Below are positions 32,375 through 43,063 of a stretch of DNA of 64,000 nt, in pieces. The number at the start of each line of letters is the position of its first letter. Position 1 is the stretch's first letter. The notes beneath the pieces were generated by a model. The model searched no databases. It saw only the letters and a list, made by a program, of their open reading frames with translations, and was not told the DNA's origin. The translations under genes and the position numbers were made by a program. Origin of the DNA: Candidatus Poribacteria bacterium (GTDB taxonomy: Bacteria; Poribacteria; WGA-4E; WGA-3G); assembly GCA_965197475.1 (NCBI GenBank), contig CBDANF010000003.1:640001-704000 (forward strand), in the 5' to 3' direction.

Positions 32375-32425
32375 AAAGTTAATTCCCTTCATTAGTGCTT
32401 AGACAAAGCCTAATTTAAAATATCT

Positions 32426-33613
32426 TTACCAATCTCCTCTCCGATCACCCCATAGATGTGCTTTGACGGCTTCCTCATTCAGTTCAGTGCCCCAACCTGG
32501 GCGCGTTGGAATCTTCATAGATCCATCTACAATTTCTGGCACATGGGTCGTCAAATCGTCTTTCCATGGCACATCGTCTATATCAACTTCCATAATGCGT
32601 ACGTTAGGTAACACGGCACATAGACTCGCGCTCATGTAAGTGGCAAGATGGCTATAATAGTTGTGCGGCGCAACGTTGAATTGATAAACATCCGCTAAAT
32701 CCCCGATCTTTTTAGATTGCGCAAATCCGTTCCACGGCACATCTATCATAAAGACATCTGCAGCCCGAGATTCGAAATAAGGGAGAAAATCGTGCATATA
32801 GTATAAGTTTTCACCAGTGCATATCTTTGTTGTCGTGGAATCTTTGATTTGACGAATTGCCTCGTGATCGTACATATCAATCTCTAATCATAACAAATCA
32901 TACGGTTCCAGGACCTTCGCGATACGCATACATGCTTCCGGTTTAAAGTTGAAGTTCAGATCAAGGTTGAGACCGACATCAGGTCCGATTGCATCTCTAA
33001 AAGTGCCAATTAGTGTTTCAATATGTCGCAGTAGTTCAGGAGTTACGTTTCCATCGGTGGAGCCAGGACCTCCACCGAAGCCACTGAAGTAGACTGAAGC
33101 AGGGTCACCGGGAATGACGATATTGGTTTTAAGTGCTGTGAAACCTTTTTCAACCACTTCACGCCCTAATGCTGCGATGTCCTCCATTGTACTTAACGGC
33201 GGCACGCCTATTAACTCAAAATTGCGCACACGAGATGTCCCACAGTGCGACCAGTACACGCGGACATTGTCACGCGTAGGTCCGCCAAAGAGTTCAACAA
33301 CAGATATTCCCAAAGCCTTCGCTTTGATGTCAACAAGCGCACATTCAATGCCAGCGATTGCCTTCGCCGCGATGCCGCCCGGGCTCTGTCGTGAACCGCG
33401 AATCATATCCCAAAAACGCATCTCATACGCACGTGGATCACGTCCAATCAACAAGGGCGTTAAATCTCTGATAGTTCCTACAACGCCGTTCGGGTTTCTG
33501 CCATCGCTGCATTCTCCGTAACCGGTAACACCTTCATCAGTCTCCACCTTGGCAAAAATCCAAGGTCGCCATCCACCATCCACAATAAAGGTTTCAATGT
33601 TTGTAATCTTCAT
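32426..33613 (-). pseudogene. mandelate racemase/muconate lactonizing enzyme family protein with one in-frame TGA
   Basis: ETDEGVTGYGE...PYDLL*LEIDMY...TGENLY...APHN; the two ORFs are in frame across TGA at 32888-32890. Confidence 0.85.
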
Positions 33614-33639
33614 AGAACTCCTTGGAATTCGTTTTTAGA

Positions 33640-34632
33640 TTAGAGGTTTACAACCTCTCCACGCTGATCGGATTCAAGCAACGCATCGCAAATACGCATC
33701 GTGTCTACTGCGACATCTGCCCACTCTGGCTCAAGATTGTCAGACTGCACTATCCCTGAAAACCGCTCAATCATATTGACTTCCTGTATGCACGCACCCG
33801 TTTCGTGCTTGTCATTATCCGAACCATGTATCCAAAACCGGGCAGATTCTTCCGATGTAGGCACAGTGAAATCATCACAAACCAGAGATGCGCGCGTTCC
33901 AGCAACCTCAAACCATTTTCGGAGCCCTGTATCAAACCCGCAATCCAAAGTTGCAATACGGTCATTGTCAAACCAGAGTATACCAGTCAAGTTGAAATCA
34001 ACACCGACTTTGTAACGTGCCGTTGCGAAAACCTTTGTTGGCATCTTCTCAAATGCCCAGAGAATCGCACGAACGCAATAGTATCCGAGATCACCGAGAC
34101 TTCCTCCGCCTAATTCCGGTTTAGTACGGATATTATTTGTTGGAACTGTATTCCAGTTGAACGTGAAAGCAGCCGTAACACGGCGCAGTTCTCCTAAGGT
34201 CGCAAGTTTCTCCTTCATCATCGCGGTACGCTCATGATGTACCCACATTACACCGTCCATCAGTTGCACACCGTTTTGACGGCATACATCTGCCATAATT
34301 GTAGCCTCGTCAGAATTTGCGGAAAGTGGTTTTTCACAAAGGACGTGTTTGCCGTGCTCTGCGGCTCTAATTGTCCACTCCGCATGCATTGAAGGCGGAA
34401 GGGGAATATAAATGGCATCCAAGGAAGAATCAGAGAGGAGGGCATCATAGTTGCCGTAAGCGATTGGGATATTGTGCTTTTGTGCCCATGCAGTTGCACG
34501 TTCTTCGGTGCGGCTTGCTACTGCCACCAATTCTGCGTTTTGCGCGAGATTAATGGCGCGAGCAACCTTTGTGGCAATACCCGCTGTGCTGAGAATTCCC
34601 CAGCGGACAGGTTGGTTTGCTGCTGTTGTCAT
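33640..34632 (-). CDS. Gfo/Idh/MocA oxidoreductase
   Basis: WGILSTAGIA, GKHVLCEKP, GGGSLGDLGYY. Confidence 0.92.
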   Translation of the reverse strand: MTTAANQPVRWGILSTAGIATKVARAINLAQNAELVAVASRTEERATAWAQKHNIPIAYGNYDALLSDSSLDAIYIPLPPSMHAEWTIRAAEHGKHVLCEKPLSANSDEATIMADVCRQNGVQLMDGVMWVHHERTAMMKEKLATLGELRRVTAAFTFNWNTVPTNNIRTKPELGGGSLGDLGYYCVRAILWAFEKMPTKVFATARYKVGVDFNLTGILWFDNDRIATLDCGFDTGLRKWFEVAGTRASLVCDDFTVPTSEESARFWIHGSDNDKHETGACIQEVNMIERFSGIVQSDNLEPEWADVAVDTMRICDALLESDQRGEVVNL

Positions 34633-34814
34633 AAGACTCCGTTCAATTTTGAAATGTTTGTCTTGAATGTTAGGCTTTCCATACTATACTGCATAACAGA
34701 AAATTGGTCAAGTGATAGCAATTAGCAGGCAGAGCTATTTAGTTTTCGCGAAGTACTCTTATGAAAGGGCTTTGTCCGCCCGATTGTGATTCAAATACAA
34801 TTAGCAGCAAATCC

Positions 34815-34850
34815 GTTTGCAGTCGCGCAATTCATTGTGCCTCTTACAAT
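34815..34850. repeat. REP-like palindrome; second copy at about 45829-45866
   Basis: cgtttgcagtcgcgcaattcattgtgcctcttacaat versus cgtttgtagtcgcgcaattcattgcgcctttttacaat. Confidence 0.6.
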
Positions 34851-34976
34851 CACCATAGTGTACTGCGATCCAGGTATGCCCTGATTAAGTTAAAGAAATC
34901 AACACCGAATGCCACGAATGGATTCGATGTTGACTTCTTGTAAAAATACGTTTTGAGATTATAATCTTCGTTTCTT

Positions 34977-36860
34977 CTATCTACCCCATCCCTGTTGTCT
35001 CTGCCGGCGTTGTAAAAAGACGCGGTCGCCTTCCGTAACACCGCTTTTAACGATCACATCTGTCTCGTTTTGCATGCCGGTTTCAATAGTGGTTTCGATA
35101 CCTTTGATACCATCCCCACTGTCCAACATCACAAACTTACCTCTTGAAACACTTACCTGTGCTGACACACCATTAGCTTTCTTTTCACCATTTATTAAGA
35201 GGGAGACAGTTGCCGGACCCGGAACAATACCGCGTTGCGAGCCATCTAAATTAATTGTCACGCTGCCATTTCCAACACTTCCAACGGTTCCGTTGAAAAT
35301 TTTCTCACTGATGGTCTGCATAGCAATCGGTTTTCCGACTTTGAAAGAGGACGTATTGCCGACTTGCGCGATAACCGTAGCAGAATTCTTCGTGATAACA
35401 GCATCAATGGGGATCAACAACACATTCTTTTCTTCATAAGTAATGATGTCAACATCGGCACTCATACCGGGGCGGATGTTCCCGGATGAATCCAATACCT
35501 CTATCATCACCTCAAAAGAGATAATGTTGTCTTGCTGTTGACCGCTCGGGGAAATCTCATAAATTTGACCTTTAAATTTTTTCGTTTGGAAAGCATCAAT
35601 TTTGATTTCTGCAGGTTGATTGGGTTCAAGACGTTCCATATCAACTTCGTTTATGAAGGTCTTTACAACCATTTTCGACAAATCGGCGATTGTCATAATC
35701 GGTGGACTTTGCGAAAAAGCCGAACGCCCAGATGTAACAATTTCACCTTGTTCTATCGCAAGTTGTGTAACAGTGCCTGACATTGGTGCCTTAATAACTG
35801 TCCAAGCAAGACGTTCCTCTTGATTCTTCAAACTACTTTTTCGTCGAAGTAGATTTGCATCGGCACTGACTTTGGATTGCTCTGTCAACAATTTTTCATT
35901 GTCAATAGTTAGCTGAAGTTCCTGTAACTGCGTCTTGGCGTTATCCAAACGAATTTGACTCTCTTCCTCTGATTTCTCTCGCATCTTTTTGAGGTTATCA
36001 ATGTTCAATTTCTGGTATTGCAGCTGTGATGCGCGAGTTTTTATAGCTGTTTTGCGTGCTTCAATCGTGCGGTCTTGTGAGACTATGGTTTGCTTCTGTG
36101 ATTCTACCCGTTTTTTTGCGTTTTCATGCGATGTGTTGGAACTTGCATGACGAGTCTCTGTATCCTCTAACACTTGCTTGGATACCAACTCTTGTTCATA
36201 AAGAGATTTATTCCGTTCTAATTCTGATTCCGCTGAATCTAATGAAACCTTTGATGAGCTTAGAGAAGTTTCGAATTCAGCGAGTGTTAATTTCGCCTGT
36301 GCAAGTGATATCTTGGCTTGTTCCAATGAGATATTATCTTGTTCTAACAGATTCTTTGTAGCCTGGATATCGGTTTCGGCGGAACTGATTTGTGTTTGTG
36401 TGGTAGCCTTCGTGGTTTCAAGATTGGCTCGTGCAATTTTCACTGAGGCTTCGGCTTGCGTAAGCTGGCTATTTAAGCGTTCTTTTTTGAGTTCTATATT
36501 TAATTTTGCCTGCATTAGTTGTGCTTCAGCTGCGTTAACATCTGCATTTGCCTGCTTTTGTTCTTCTTTATATAACTCAGGATCAAGTCTTACTAAAATG
36601 TCGTCTTTTTGAACATAATCACCATCATCAACAAGAAGTTCAACAACTTCACCCTCAACGTTAGATTTCACTTCAACGTCAAGAAGCGGTTCCAAATTTC
36701 CGGTTGCTCTGATGCTCATTCGGAAATTTCCGCGTTTGACGACTTCAATTTTAGGTGCAAGTGTCTGGTCTGATCCACTTTTGCCACGACTCAGAACAAC
36801 CCAACCTGCCGCAACTACAAGAACGACAATTATGCCAACAGTAATAATTAGTTTTTTCAA
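34977..36860 (-). CDS. MacA/HlyD-like periplasmic adaptor subunit with long coiled coil
   Basis: N-terminal anchor, VEVKSNVEGEV lipoyl half, IKAPMSGTV, IADLSKM, IRPGMSADV. Confidence 0.88.
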   Translation of the reverse strand: MKKLIITVGIIVVLVVAAGWVVLSRGKSGSDQTLAPKIEVVKRGNFRMSIRATGNLEPLLDVEVKSNVEGEVVELLVDDGDYVQKDDILVRLDPELYKEEQKQANADVNAAEAQLMQAKLNIELKKERLNSQLTQAEASVKIARANLETTKATTQTQISSAETDIQATKNLLEQDNISLEQAKISLAQAKLTLAEFETSLSSSKVSLDSAESELERNKSLYEQELVSKQVLEDTETRHASSNTSHENAKKRVESQKQTIVSQDRTIEARKTAIKTRASQLQYQKLNIDNLKKMREKSEEESQIRLDNAKTQLQELQLTIDNEKLLTEQSKVSADANLLRRKSSLKNQEERLAWTVIKAPMSGTVTQLAIEQGEIVTSGRSAFSQSPPIMTIADLSKMVVKTFINEVDMERLEPNQPAEIKIDAFQTKKFKGQIYEISPSGQQQDNIISFEVMIEVLDSSGNIRPGMSADVDIITYEEKNVLLIPIDAVITKNSATVIAQVGNTSSFKVGKPIAMQTISEKIFNGTVGSVGNGSVTINLDGSQRGIVPGPATVSLLINGEKKANGVSAQVSVSRGKFVMLDSGDGIKGIETTIETGMQNETDVIVKSGVTEGDRVFLQRRQRQQGWGR

Positions 36861-36975
36861 AACCTATTCCTCCTATAAGGTTTAAGAGATGCTAAGTTGA
36901 ATACACCTCATCTTTAGCCGGTATGCTGAAACCTATAAATCCTATTGTCTGCAGTGTTTAACAATAGGTAACGAA

Positions 36976-38292
36976 CTAATCAGATCGAAGTGCATCAACA
37001 GGGGTGAGTTTCGCCGCTTTATGCGCAGGGTAAAGCCCAAAGAAAACACCGATAGCGACCGACACGAGCAAGGCAATAAACATTGTTTGAAATGAAATGA
37101 CCGATGGCCAGTTGCTGTCTTCCCAGACAAACCTGGATATGAGTGCAGCTGTACCTTGCCCCATAAAAACACCTAAAATTGACCCAAGAATTCCACCACA
37201 TAATGTTAGCACAGATGCCTCAATGAGAAATTGGGTTATAATGTCGTTGAACGTTGCACCGAGTGCTTTCCGCAATCCGATTTCACGGGTTCGATCCGTT
37301 ACAGAAACAAGCATGATATTCATTACACCGATACCTGCAACCATCAAAGCGATACCTGCGATACCACCCATCAAGGCTTTCATGACCAAACCGACTTTAT
37401 TGGCAGTAGCCAATTCCTCTGTGGCAGTCCAATAGTTATATTCTTCACCTGTGTTGTTGTGAATTCTACCTAATATTTGCTTAGCATCCGAAATTACAAG
37501 CGGAATTTTATCTATGTCCTTTGCTTCTACGCGAATCCGTTCAACATCCTGGCGACCTTTAAAACGTTCTTGCAATGTCGTTATCGGAATGATGAATCTG
37601 TCATCCCAGCCAGTAGTGTCCATCGCGTCGCCCTTCTCTTCCATCACGCCGATAACTTTAAGCCGCACTTCATACAATCCGCTTCTGCCACGCCAATAAG
37701 AAGGACGGGAAGCTTTAATCTCTTTCCCAACCGGATCTTCATTGAGAAATACCTCTTCCGCAATTTTTGAACCGATTACAGCAACACTGCTGGATGCTTC
37801 AACCTCTTCTGGGTTGAAAAATCTACCGCTTGAGGTGTACCAGTTATGCGAACGGTCGTACCCAGCTGTTGATGCCACAATTCTGGATTCCTTTGTTCGT
37901 CCTTTGTAATTCACGTTCCACCCCGACATATCGTCTTCAGCAACAACGTCAACGATACCGCGTACACCCTTCATGATTTCATCAGCATCGTCAGTTTCCA
38001 GATGTTCTGCACGGTTCCTACGCCAACGACTCCTGCCTCTGACCGCTTCGCCCGCTGCTCGACTTAAAGTGCCGGACTGTTTGTCCCAATCATCTCGATA
38101 GATTTCAACGATCTTTGTGCCGCCCGTCCGTTCAATCTCTCGTAACACCAACGCAGCAGATCCGTCGCCGACAGAGACCATACTCACCACAGAGCCAACA
38201 CCGACAATAATTCCTAAAATTGTCAGACCGGAACGGAGCGGGTTTCGTCGTAAACTGGTAATACCTAAAATAATACATTCAAATAGATTCAT
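36976..38292 (-). CDS. MacB/FtsX-like ABC permease
   Basis: RSGLTILGIIVGV, GIGVMNIMLVSVTDRTREIGLRKALGA, GLYPAHKAA. Confidence 0.92.
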   Translation of the reverse strand: MNLFECIILGITSLRRNPLRSGLTILGIIVGVGSVVSMVSVGDGSAALVLREIERTGGTKIVEIYRDDWDKQSGTLSRAAGEAVRGRSRWRRNRAEHLETDDADEIMKGVRGIVDVVAEDDMSGWNVNYKGRTKESRIVASTAGYDRSHNWYTSSGRFFNPEEVEASSSVAVIGSKIAEEVFLNEDPVGKEIKASRPSYWRGRSGLYEVRLKVIGVMEEKGDAMDTTGWDDRFIIPITTLQERFKGRQDVERIRVEAKDIDKIPLVISDAKQILGRIHNNTGEEYNYWTATEELATANKVGLVMKALMGGIAGIALMVAGIGVMNIMLVSVTDRTREIGLRKALGATFNDIITQFLIEASVLTLCGGILGSILGVFMGQGTAALISRFVWEDSNWPSVISFQTMFIALLVSVAIGVFFGLYPAHKAAKLTPVDALRSD

Positions 38293-38302
38293 TATTTTTC
38301 TC

Positions 38303-39604
38303 TTATTCCTTGCGAAGTGCGTCTATTGGGGAGAGCGCGGACGCTTTTAATGCTGGATAGAGTCCAAAAGAGATACCAATCAACGCAGAAAATGAGACAG
38401 AAATTATAACCCACTGCATTGAGATAACCGATGGCCAATCTGGGACGATTTTTACAATCTTAACTGCAAGTAACGCCATGCCTTCACCCGCAAGATAACC
38501 TAACCCAACGCCTATAGCACCACCTATAATGCACATTACAATGGATTCTATAAGGAACTGTAGCATAATATCAAAACGTTTTGCACCAAGTGCTTTCCGA
38601 AGACCAATCTCACGAGTGCGTTCACTGACAGCTACCAACATCATGTTCATTATACCGATACCACCAATGAGCAGAGAAAATCCAGCAATGCTCCCTAACG
38701 CAATTTTTATGACTTTACTGATTTTATCTAACTGCGCCATACCCTCACGCATGTCTCTGAGACTGAAGAAGTCGTCCTGATTCTTATGCCGCTCCCTTAG
38801 CACAACCTTCACTTCTTCGATTGCTTTGGGAACTTCTTCAACGGTGTTCGCGTGAACAGATAACATGACAATCCTATCGTTGCCGGTAAACCGTTCTTGC
38901 GTTGTTGTGAGCGGAATGAAAATCATATCGTCCAAGTTCCACCCGAATCGGAGACTTCTGCCGCGGGGTTCCATTGTTCCGACAACGGTAAAACGTTCAG
39001 CAATACGATTCTGACCCCTTCTGCCAAATCGGTCATATCGGTCCCCACCTCTCCCAATCTTAATTTCTTTATCTAATGGTGACGCTGAACCGAAAAGATT
39101 GCTCGCTACCTCCGTCCCTAAAATACAAATTTTCGCTTTGTTTTCCATATCCTCATCGGAAATAAAACGTCCTTCCTGAATTTTCCAGTCCATCGCTTCC
39201 GAAAATGAGGCATTTACACCGTTATAACCGCTGCGAGCTTCAGCACCGCCTTCAGCTTGAACATGGACACCCCGCCACTCAGGAATACGTGGTACAACAA
39301 CTTTCACTGATGGGCATTCCGCCTCTATTGCTAACACGTCTTCATACTCAAAGTATTCGTTGCTACGGTTTGGCATCCAACGGCTGCCCACACGCTTATA
39401 GCTGCTGCGATACATCGTAAATTGGTTGACTCCACCCAGTTTTTGCGCATCCTGCAGCACAATCTTCTTCGCACCATCACCGATAGATATCATCGCAAGC
39501 ACAGAGGCAACTCCAATGATAATCCCAAGCATCGTCAACAACGATCGAAGCGTGTTGCTACGAATTGCAGAAATTCCAACGGAAAATCCCTCAAATATGC
39601 GCAT
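38303..39604 (-). CDS. MacB/FtsX-like ABC permease
   Basis: RSLLTMLGIIIGV, GIGIMNMMLVAVSERTREIGLRKALGA, GLYPALKAS. Confidence 0.92.
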   Translation of the reverse strand: MRIFEGFSVGISAIRSNTLRSLLTMLGIIIGVASVLAMISIGDGAKKIVLQDAQKLGGVNQFTMYRSSYKRVGSRWMPNRSNEYFEYEDVLAIEAECPSVKVVVPRIPEWRGVHVQAEGGAEARSGYNGVNASFSEAMDWKIQEGRFISDEDMENKAKICILGTEVASNLFGSASPLDKEIKIGRGGDRYDRFGRRGQNRIAERFTVVGTMEPRGRSLRFGWNLDDMIFIPLTTTQERFTGNDRIVMLSVHANTVEEVPKAIEEVKVVLRERHKNQDDFFSLRDMREGMAQLDKISKVIKIALGSIAGFSLLIGGIGIMNMMLVAVSERTREIGLRKALGAKRFDIMLQFLIESIVMCIIGGAIGVGLGYLAGEGMALLAVKIVKIVPDWPSVISMQWVIISVSFSALIGISFGLYPALKASALSPIDALRKE

Positions 39605-39979
39605 TCATGTCTCCAAAGACTTTAAAAAGATTAAACTTTTATGCTCTGTAATTTAGACAGAAAACAGCAGATAAGGTTCGTCAAATTAACAGGTTGATGG
39701 CGTTGAAAACTACATCCTCAATTTGTCAAAAGTTAACTGATGTTGTTGGAATACAATTACGCCATTTTTGACGTTAGAATTGCGAATAGGTTTATTGCAA
39801 AATTATTGTGAGTGGATTATCTATAAAACTTATTTGACAAATTTTAACTAAAATTGGGGAGTCGGATGAATACTACTGGTCAGATTTTTGTTTGAGTGGA
39901 TTTGCGAAATGGGAAAACAATACCAATCACGTTAATTTGGTATAAGTCCTTGCTACCTTGTGCTCACGGTCTCTCCTCT

Positions 39980-40036
39980 GTAGGAGCGACCCGCCAAATG
40001 CCATAAGCGCATTTGGCGTTGATTCGCCGGTCGCGA
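39980..40036. repeat. GTAG-type REP-like palindrome carrying a nested hairpin
   Basis: gtaggagcgacc...ggtcgcga interrupted by cgccaaatgc-cataagc-gcatttggcg. Confidence 0.55.
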
Positions 40037-40054
40037 CTTTACGACTAAAACACA

Positions 40055-40286
40055 AAAAACCGAAAACTGAATGGTTCTGGTGTTTTATTGCGTGGATCTG
40101 GGACTGCTGCTAACATATCAATCAAGTGGCAAGAGGAGATTCTTGTTTTGGTTTACCTCAAAAGAGTTTGTTTTTAAGGTGAAGTATAGCAGATGTAGCG
40201 TGAAAAGTCATGTCACATCTGCATATCGTAAAATATTAACACTTGTGATAAATTTCCCAAGAAAAGTCGAAAACTAAATGGCCCTG
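40055..40286 (-). mobile_element. ISAs1-like remnant (left end plus first codons) abutting a second related terminus
   Basis: Minus strand starts cagggccatttagttttcg (40286), encodes HLIDMLAAVPDPRNK, then cagaaccattcagttttcgg (40079). Confidence 0.55.
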
Positions 40287-40497
40287 CTATCAATTCATTA
40301 AGGTTGACTTTTATTTCAAATTACAGTATAATACATTTCAATATCTCCAAAAATTTCGAATATCTTTAAATAAACAAGGCAGGCACTCCAACTGTTATCA
40401 TTAAGTTTAAGCCAAGTTGGATAGAGCAGCGCACACAAAATATGCATCTTGGACTCGCTGTGCCGAAAATATGATACACATAAGGAAAGAAAAATAG

Positions 40498-40743
40498 ATG
40501 GCAACAATCGTAAAACATAACGCGACAGGCAAGAATTACTGCTTACTCGGAACAGGTTTTGGTGTTTTCTAGTCTTCAAAACCTAACGTCTTTTTTGGTA
40601 ATTTAATGGCTGATGTGGACGAAGGCGAATACGCTATGGTCTGCGTTTGTAATAGTGCCGGAAAAATTTATTGGATTGATGCAGATGAGATTACCGTTGT
40701 AAGCATTGATGGACAGAACGTCGGAGAACTCCCCCTTGCATAA
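40498..40743 (+). pseudogene. small hypothetical protein with one in-frame TAG
   Basis: AAGGA RBS; MATIVKHNATGKNYCLLGTGFGVF*SSKPNVFFGNLMADVDEGEYAMVCVCNSAGKIYWIDADEITVVSIDGQNVGELPLA; TAG at 40570-40572. Confidence 0.7.
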
Positions 40744-40819
40744 CTGAAATCAATTCTCATCTGGTATGAGAGGTTTATCTCCGACCATTTTTTACTCACG
40801 AAAGGAAACTTTTTACCGA

Positions 40820-41398
40820 ATGGATTTACAGCAGATTAATATCAAGGTTTTTGCAACCGAAGATAGCAAGATCAACTACACCAACTTCATCAAGGTTTTC
40901 AACCGTTGGATGGAAGAGGCTGATTCTGATGATTACCTGAACTACGCCGATTATTCTCACGTTGATGCAGGACCGGGCGTACTACTGATTTTAAAGCAAG
41001 CTAACTATAGCATTGACAGTGCCTATCATGAGGCAGGATTCCTCTACAATAGGAAGCATGATGTGGAGGGCGAAAATGCTGAAAAAATTCGCCAAGCTCT
41101 CACTGAGACACTCTCTAAATGCGAACTACTTGAAGCATCGGTAGAATTGGAAAATGCCATCCACTTCAATGGCTCAGACATTCTATTTATGATAAACAAC
41201 CGTAATATCGCGCCAAACACGCCTGAGACAGCGGAAGCAATTCAAGCAGACCTTGAACCTGTACTACAACAGATGTACGGTAGTGGCAACTTCAGCATAG
41301 AACGCACCTCTGAAGATATTCGCGAACGTTTCGCCTTAAGAATCTCCGCGAAACCAGACAAACCGATTTCAGAACTCATCTCCAATCTCGGAGGCTAA
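40820..41398 (+). CDS. hypothetical protein, coupled to moeB
   Basis: AAGGA RBS; ends 1 bp before moeB; ADYSHVDAGPGVLL block. Confidence 0.75.
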   Translation: MDLQQINIKVFATEDSKINYTNFIKVFNRWMEEADSDDYLNYADYSHVDAGPGVLLILKQANYSIDSAYHEAGFLYNRKHDVEGENAEKIRQALTETLSKCELLEASVELENAIHFNGSDILFMINNRNIAPNTPETAEAIQADLEPVLQQMYGSGNFSIERTSEDIRERFALRISAKPDKPISELISNLGG

Positions 41399-41399
41399 G

Positions 41400-42206
41400 A
41401 TGTTTAACTTTTCTAATGAACAGATTGAACGGTATAGCCGGCATATTATCCTCAAAGAGGTCGGCGGGATGGGGCAGACCAAGCTGCTTGAATCAAAAGT
41501 ACTACTTATCGGCGCGGGAGGACTCGGTTCGCCTATAGGTGTTTACCTCGCCGCGGCGGGGGTCGGCACACTCGGCATTGTTGATGATGATGTGGTTGAC
41601 CTCAGCAACTTGCAACGCCAAATCTTACACGGCACCAGCGATATTGGCATCCCAAAAACGAAATCTGCAGAAGCCTCCATCGCTGAGATGAACCCAGACG
41701 TTAAGGTAATCCCTTACAACAAACGTATCAACTCGCAAAACGCTTTTGAGATACTGGAACAGTACGATCTGATTATAGATGGGTGCGACAACTTTCCGAC
41801 GCGCTACCTCCTCAACGATGCATCTGTCATGCTCGGCAAACCGATTGTACACGGCAGCATCTTCCAGTTTGAAGGACAAGTAACTGTTCTTTATCCGGGT
41901 AAGGGACCTTGTTATCGATGCATCTTTCCTGAGCCACCACCAGCGGGGCTGGCACCGAGTTGCCAAGAAGCTGGTGTCTTTGGCGTGTTACCTGGTATCA
42001 TCGGCACAATTCAAGCCGTTGAAGCGATTAAAGTTCTTTTAGACATCGGTGAAACGTTGATCGGAACCCTCCTACTTTTCAACGCGCTCACGATGGATTT
42101 CAAGCGACTGAAACTCCATCAAGATAGCGGTTGCCCGATGTGCGGTGAAAATCCTACCATTAAAGAACTCATTGATTATGAAGAATTCTGTGAGATGCGG
42201 TGGTAG
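41400..42206 (+). CDS. moeB: molybdopterin-synthase adenylyltransferase / ThiF-family E1-like enzyme
   Basis: RYSRHI, IGAGGLGS, DDDVVDLSNLQRQ, DGCDNF, CYRC, SCQEAGV, CPMC. Confidence 0.88.
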   Translation: MFNFSNEQIERYSRHIILKEVGGMGQTKLLESKVLLIGAGGLGSPIGVYLAAAGVGTLGIVDDDVVDLSNLQRQILHGTSDIGIPKTKSAEASIAEMNPDVKVIPYNKRINSQNAFEILEQYDLIIDGCDNFPTRYLLNDASVMLGKPIVHGSIFQFEGQVTVLYPGKGPCYRCIFPEPPPAGLAPSCQEAGVFGVLPGIIGTIQAVEAIKVLLDIGETLIGTLLLFNALTMDFKRLKLHQDSGCPMCGENPTIKELIDYEEFCEMRW

Positions 42207-42446
42207 GCACTGATACAGAGTCACTTCAATGGAAGCAGGGACAATGCAATGGCGGAAAAAGGTGTAGTGATAATGTTATTTTTCATTCTTGCTATGATGT
42301 TTTGTCTCTTACTTATGTTTTATGGGATAGCTCAAATACTCAAGAAATCAGCAGAAGTTTGTCTAAAATTGCGAAAAACTTTGAGCAATTTAATGGCAAA
42401 GATGATAGTTGATGAACAAGTGCTTATAAGTGGTGTTCAGATATTT

Positions 42447-42872
42447 TCAGATTTCACTATGATAAAGTTCCGTCATCCATTCGCCATCATGGGCAGGATT
42501 ATAGATCAATCCTTTCTTCATGTCAAGACAAAGATCAAGGTCTTCTAACAGTATATGTCCAATGAGAACAGGTGTTCCCTTAGGTACGCCCATGACGGTG
42601 GTGATTCCTTCACGCTCCAATATTGAAAATTGCACGGGTGAATAGATCCATAGGTCTGTAATGCCGTTGACAGTTCGTCCCTGCTCACTGCGAAATGGCG
42701 TTAATCCGAGTTGCTCAATAAGGGATGGTGGTAAACCGAGCCGCGTCGCCCCGGTATCAACGAGTGCATCTTCAATAGTAATTCGCCGCACTTCTTCAGG
42801 GTTCATATAGCCTGCTCTTACTAAAGTGAGTTCATCGTTATTTGCGAGTTCGATTTTTGCAGTATGTCTCAT
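42447..42872 (-). CDS. clan AA (retropepsin-like) aspartyl protease
   Basis: ALVDTGAT and VLIGHILLEDL motifs. Confidence 0.85.
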   Translation of the reverse strand: MRHTAKIELANNDELTLVRAGYMNPEEVRRITIEDALVDTGATRLGLPPSLIEQLGLTPFRSEQGRTVNGITDLWIYSPVQFSILEREGITTVMGVPKGTPVLIGHILLEDLDLCLDMKKGLIYNPAHDGEWMTELYHSEI

Positions 42873-43063
42873 TTTCAATACACCTTGTTTCTCTTGGCAC
42901 TATTTTAACACCTTTCACGAAGTTTTTCAAGTAAAAGGTTATCGGCAGAATGGTTATCAGTAAGAGGAATTCCTTGGTCATTACCTCCCTTTGCATCCTA
43001 CAAGCACTACTGACTGCTATTTGCTAACGAACGACCGGTTACCGAAAACGTATAAAATCTTTG

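Noticed and set aside
32888-32890. Stop-codon reassignment or selenocysteine
   Set aside because: Premature stops of all three kinds occur (TGA, TAG, TAA), many intact genes end in TGA or TAG, TGG is used freely, and the position is not a Cys site.
42249-42548. 99-aa plus-strand ORF
   Set aside because: It overlaps the aspartyl protease gene by about 100 bp and has no recognisable motif; not supportable, though a short membrane peptide is not excluded.
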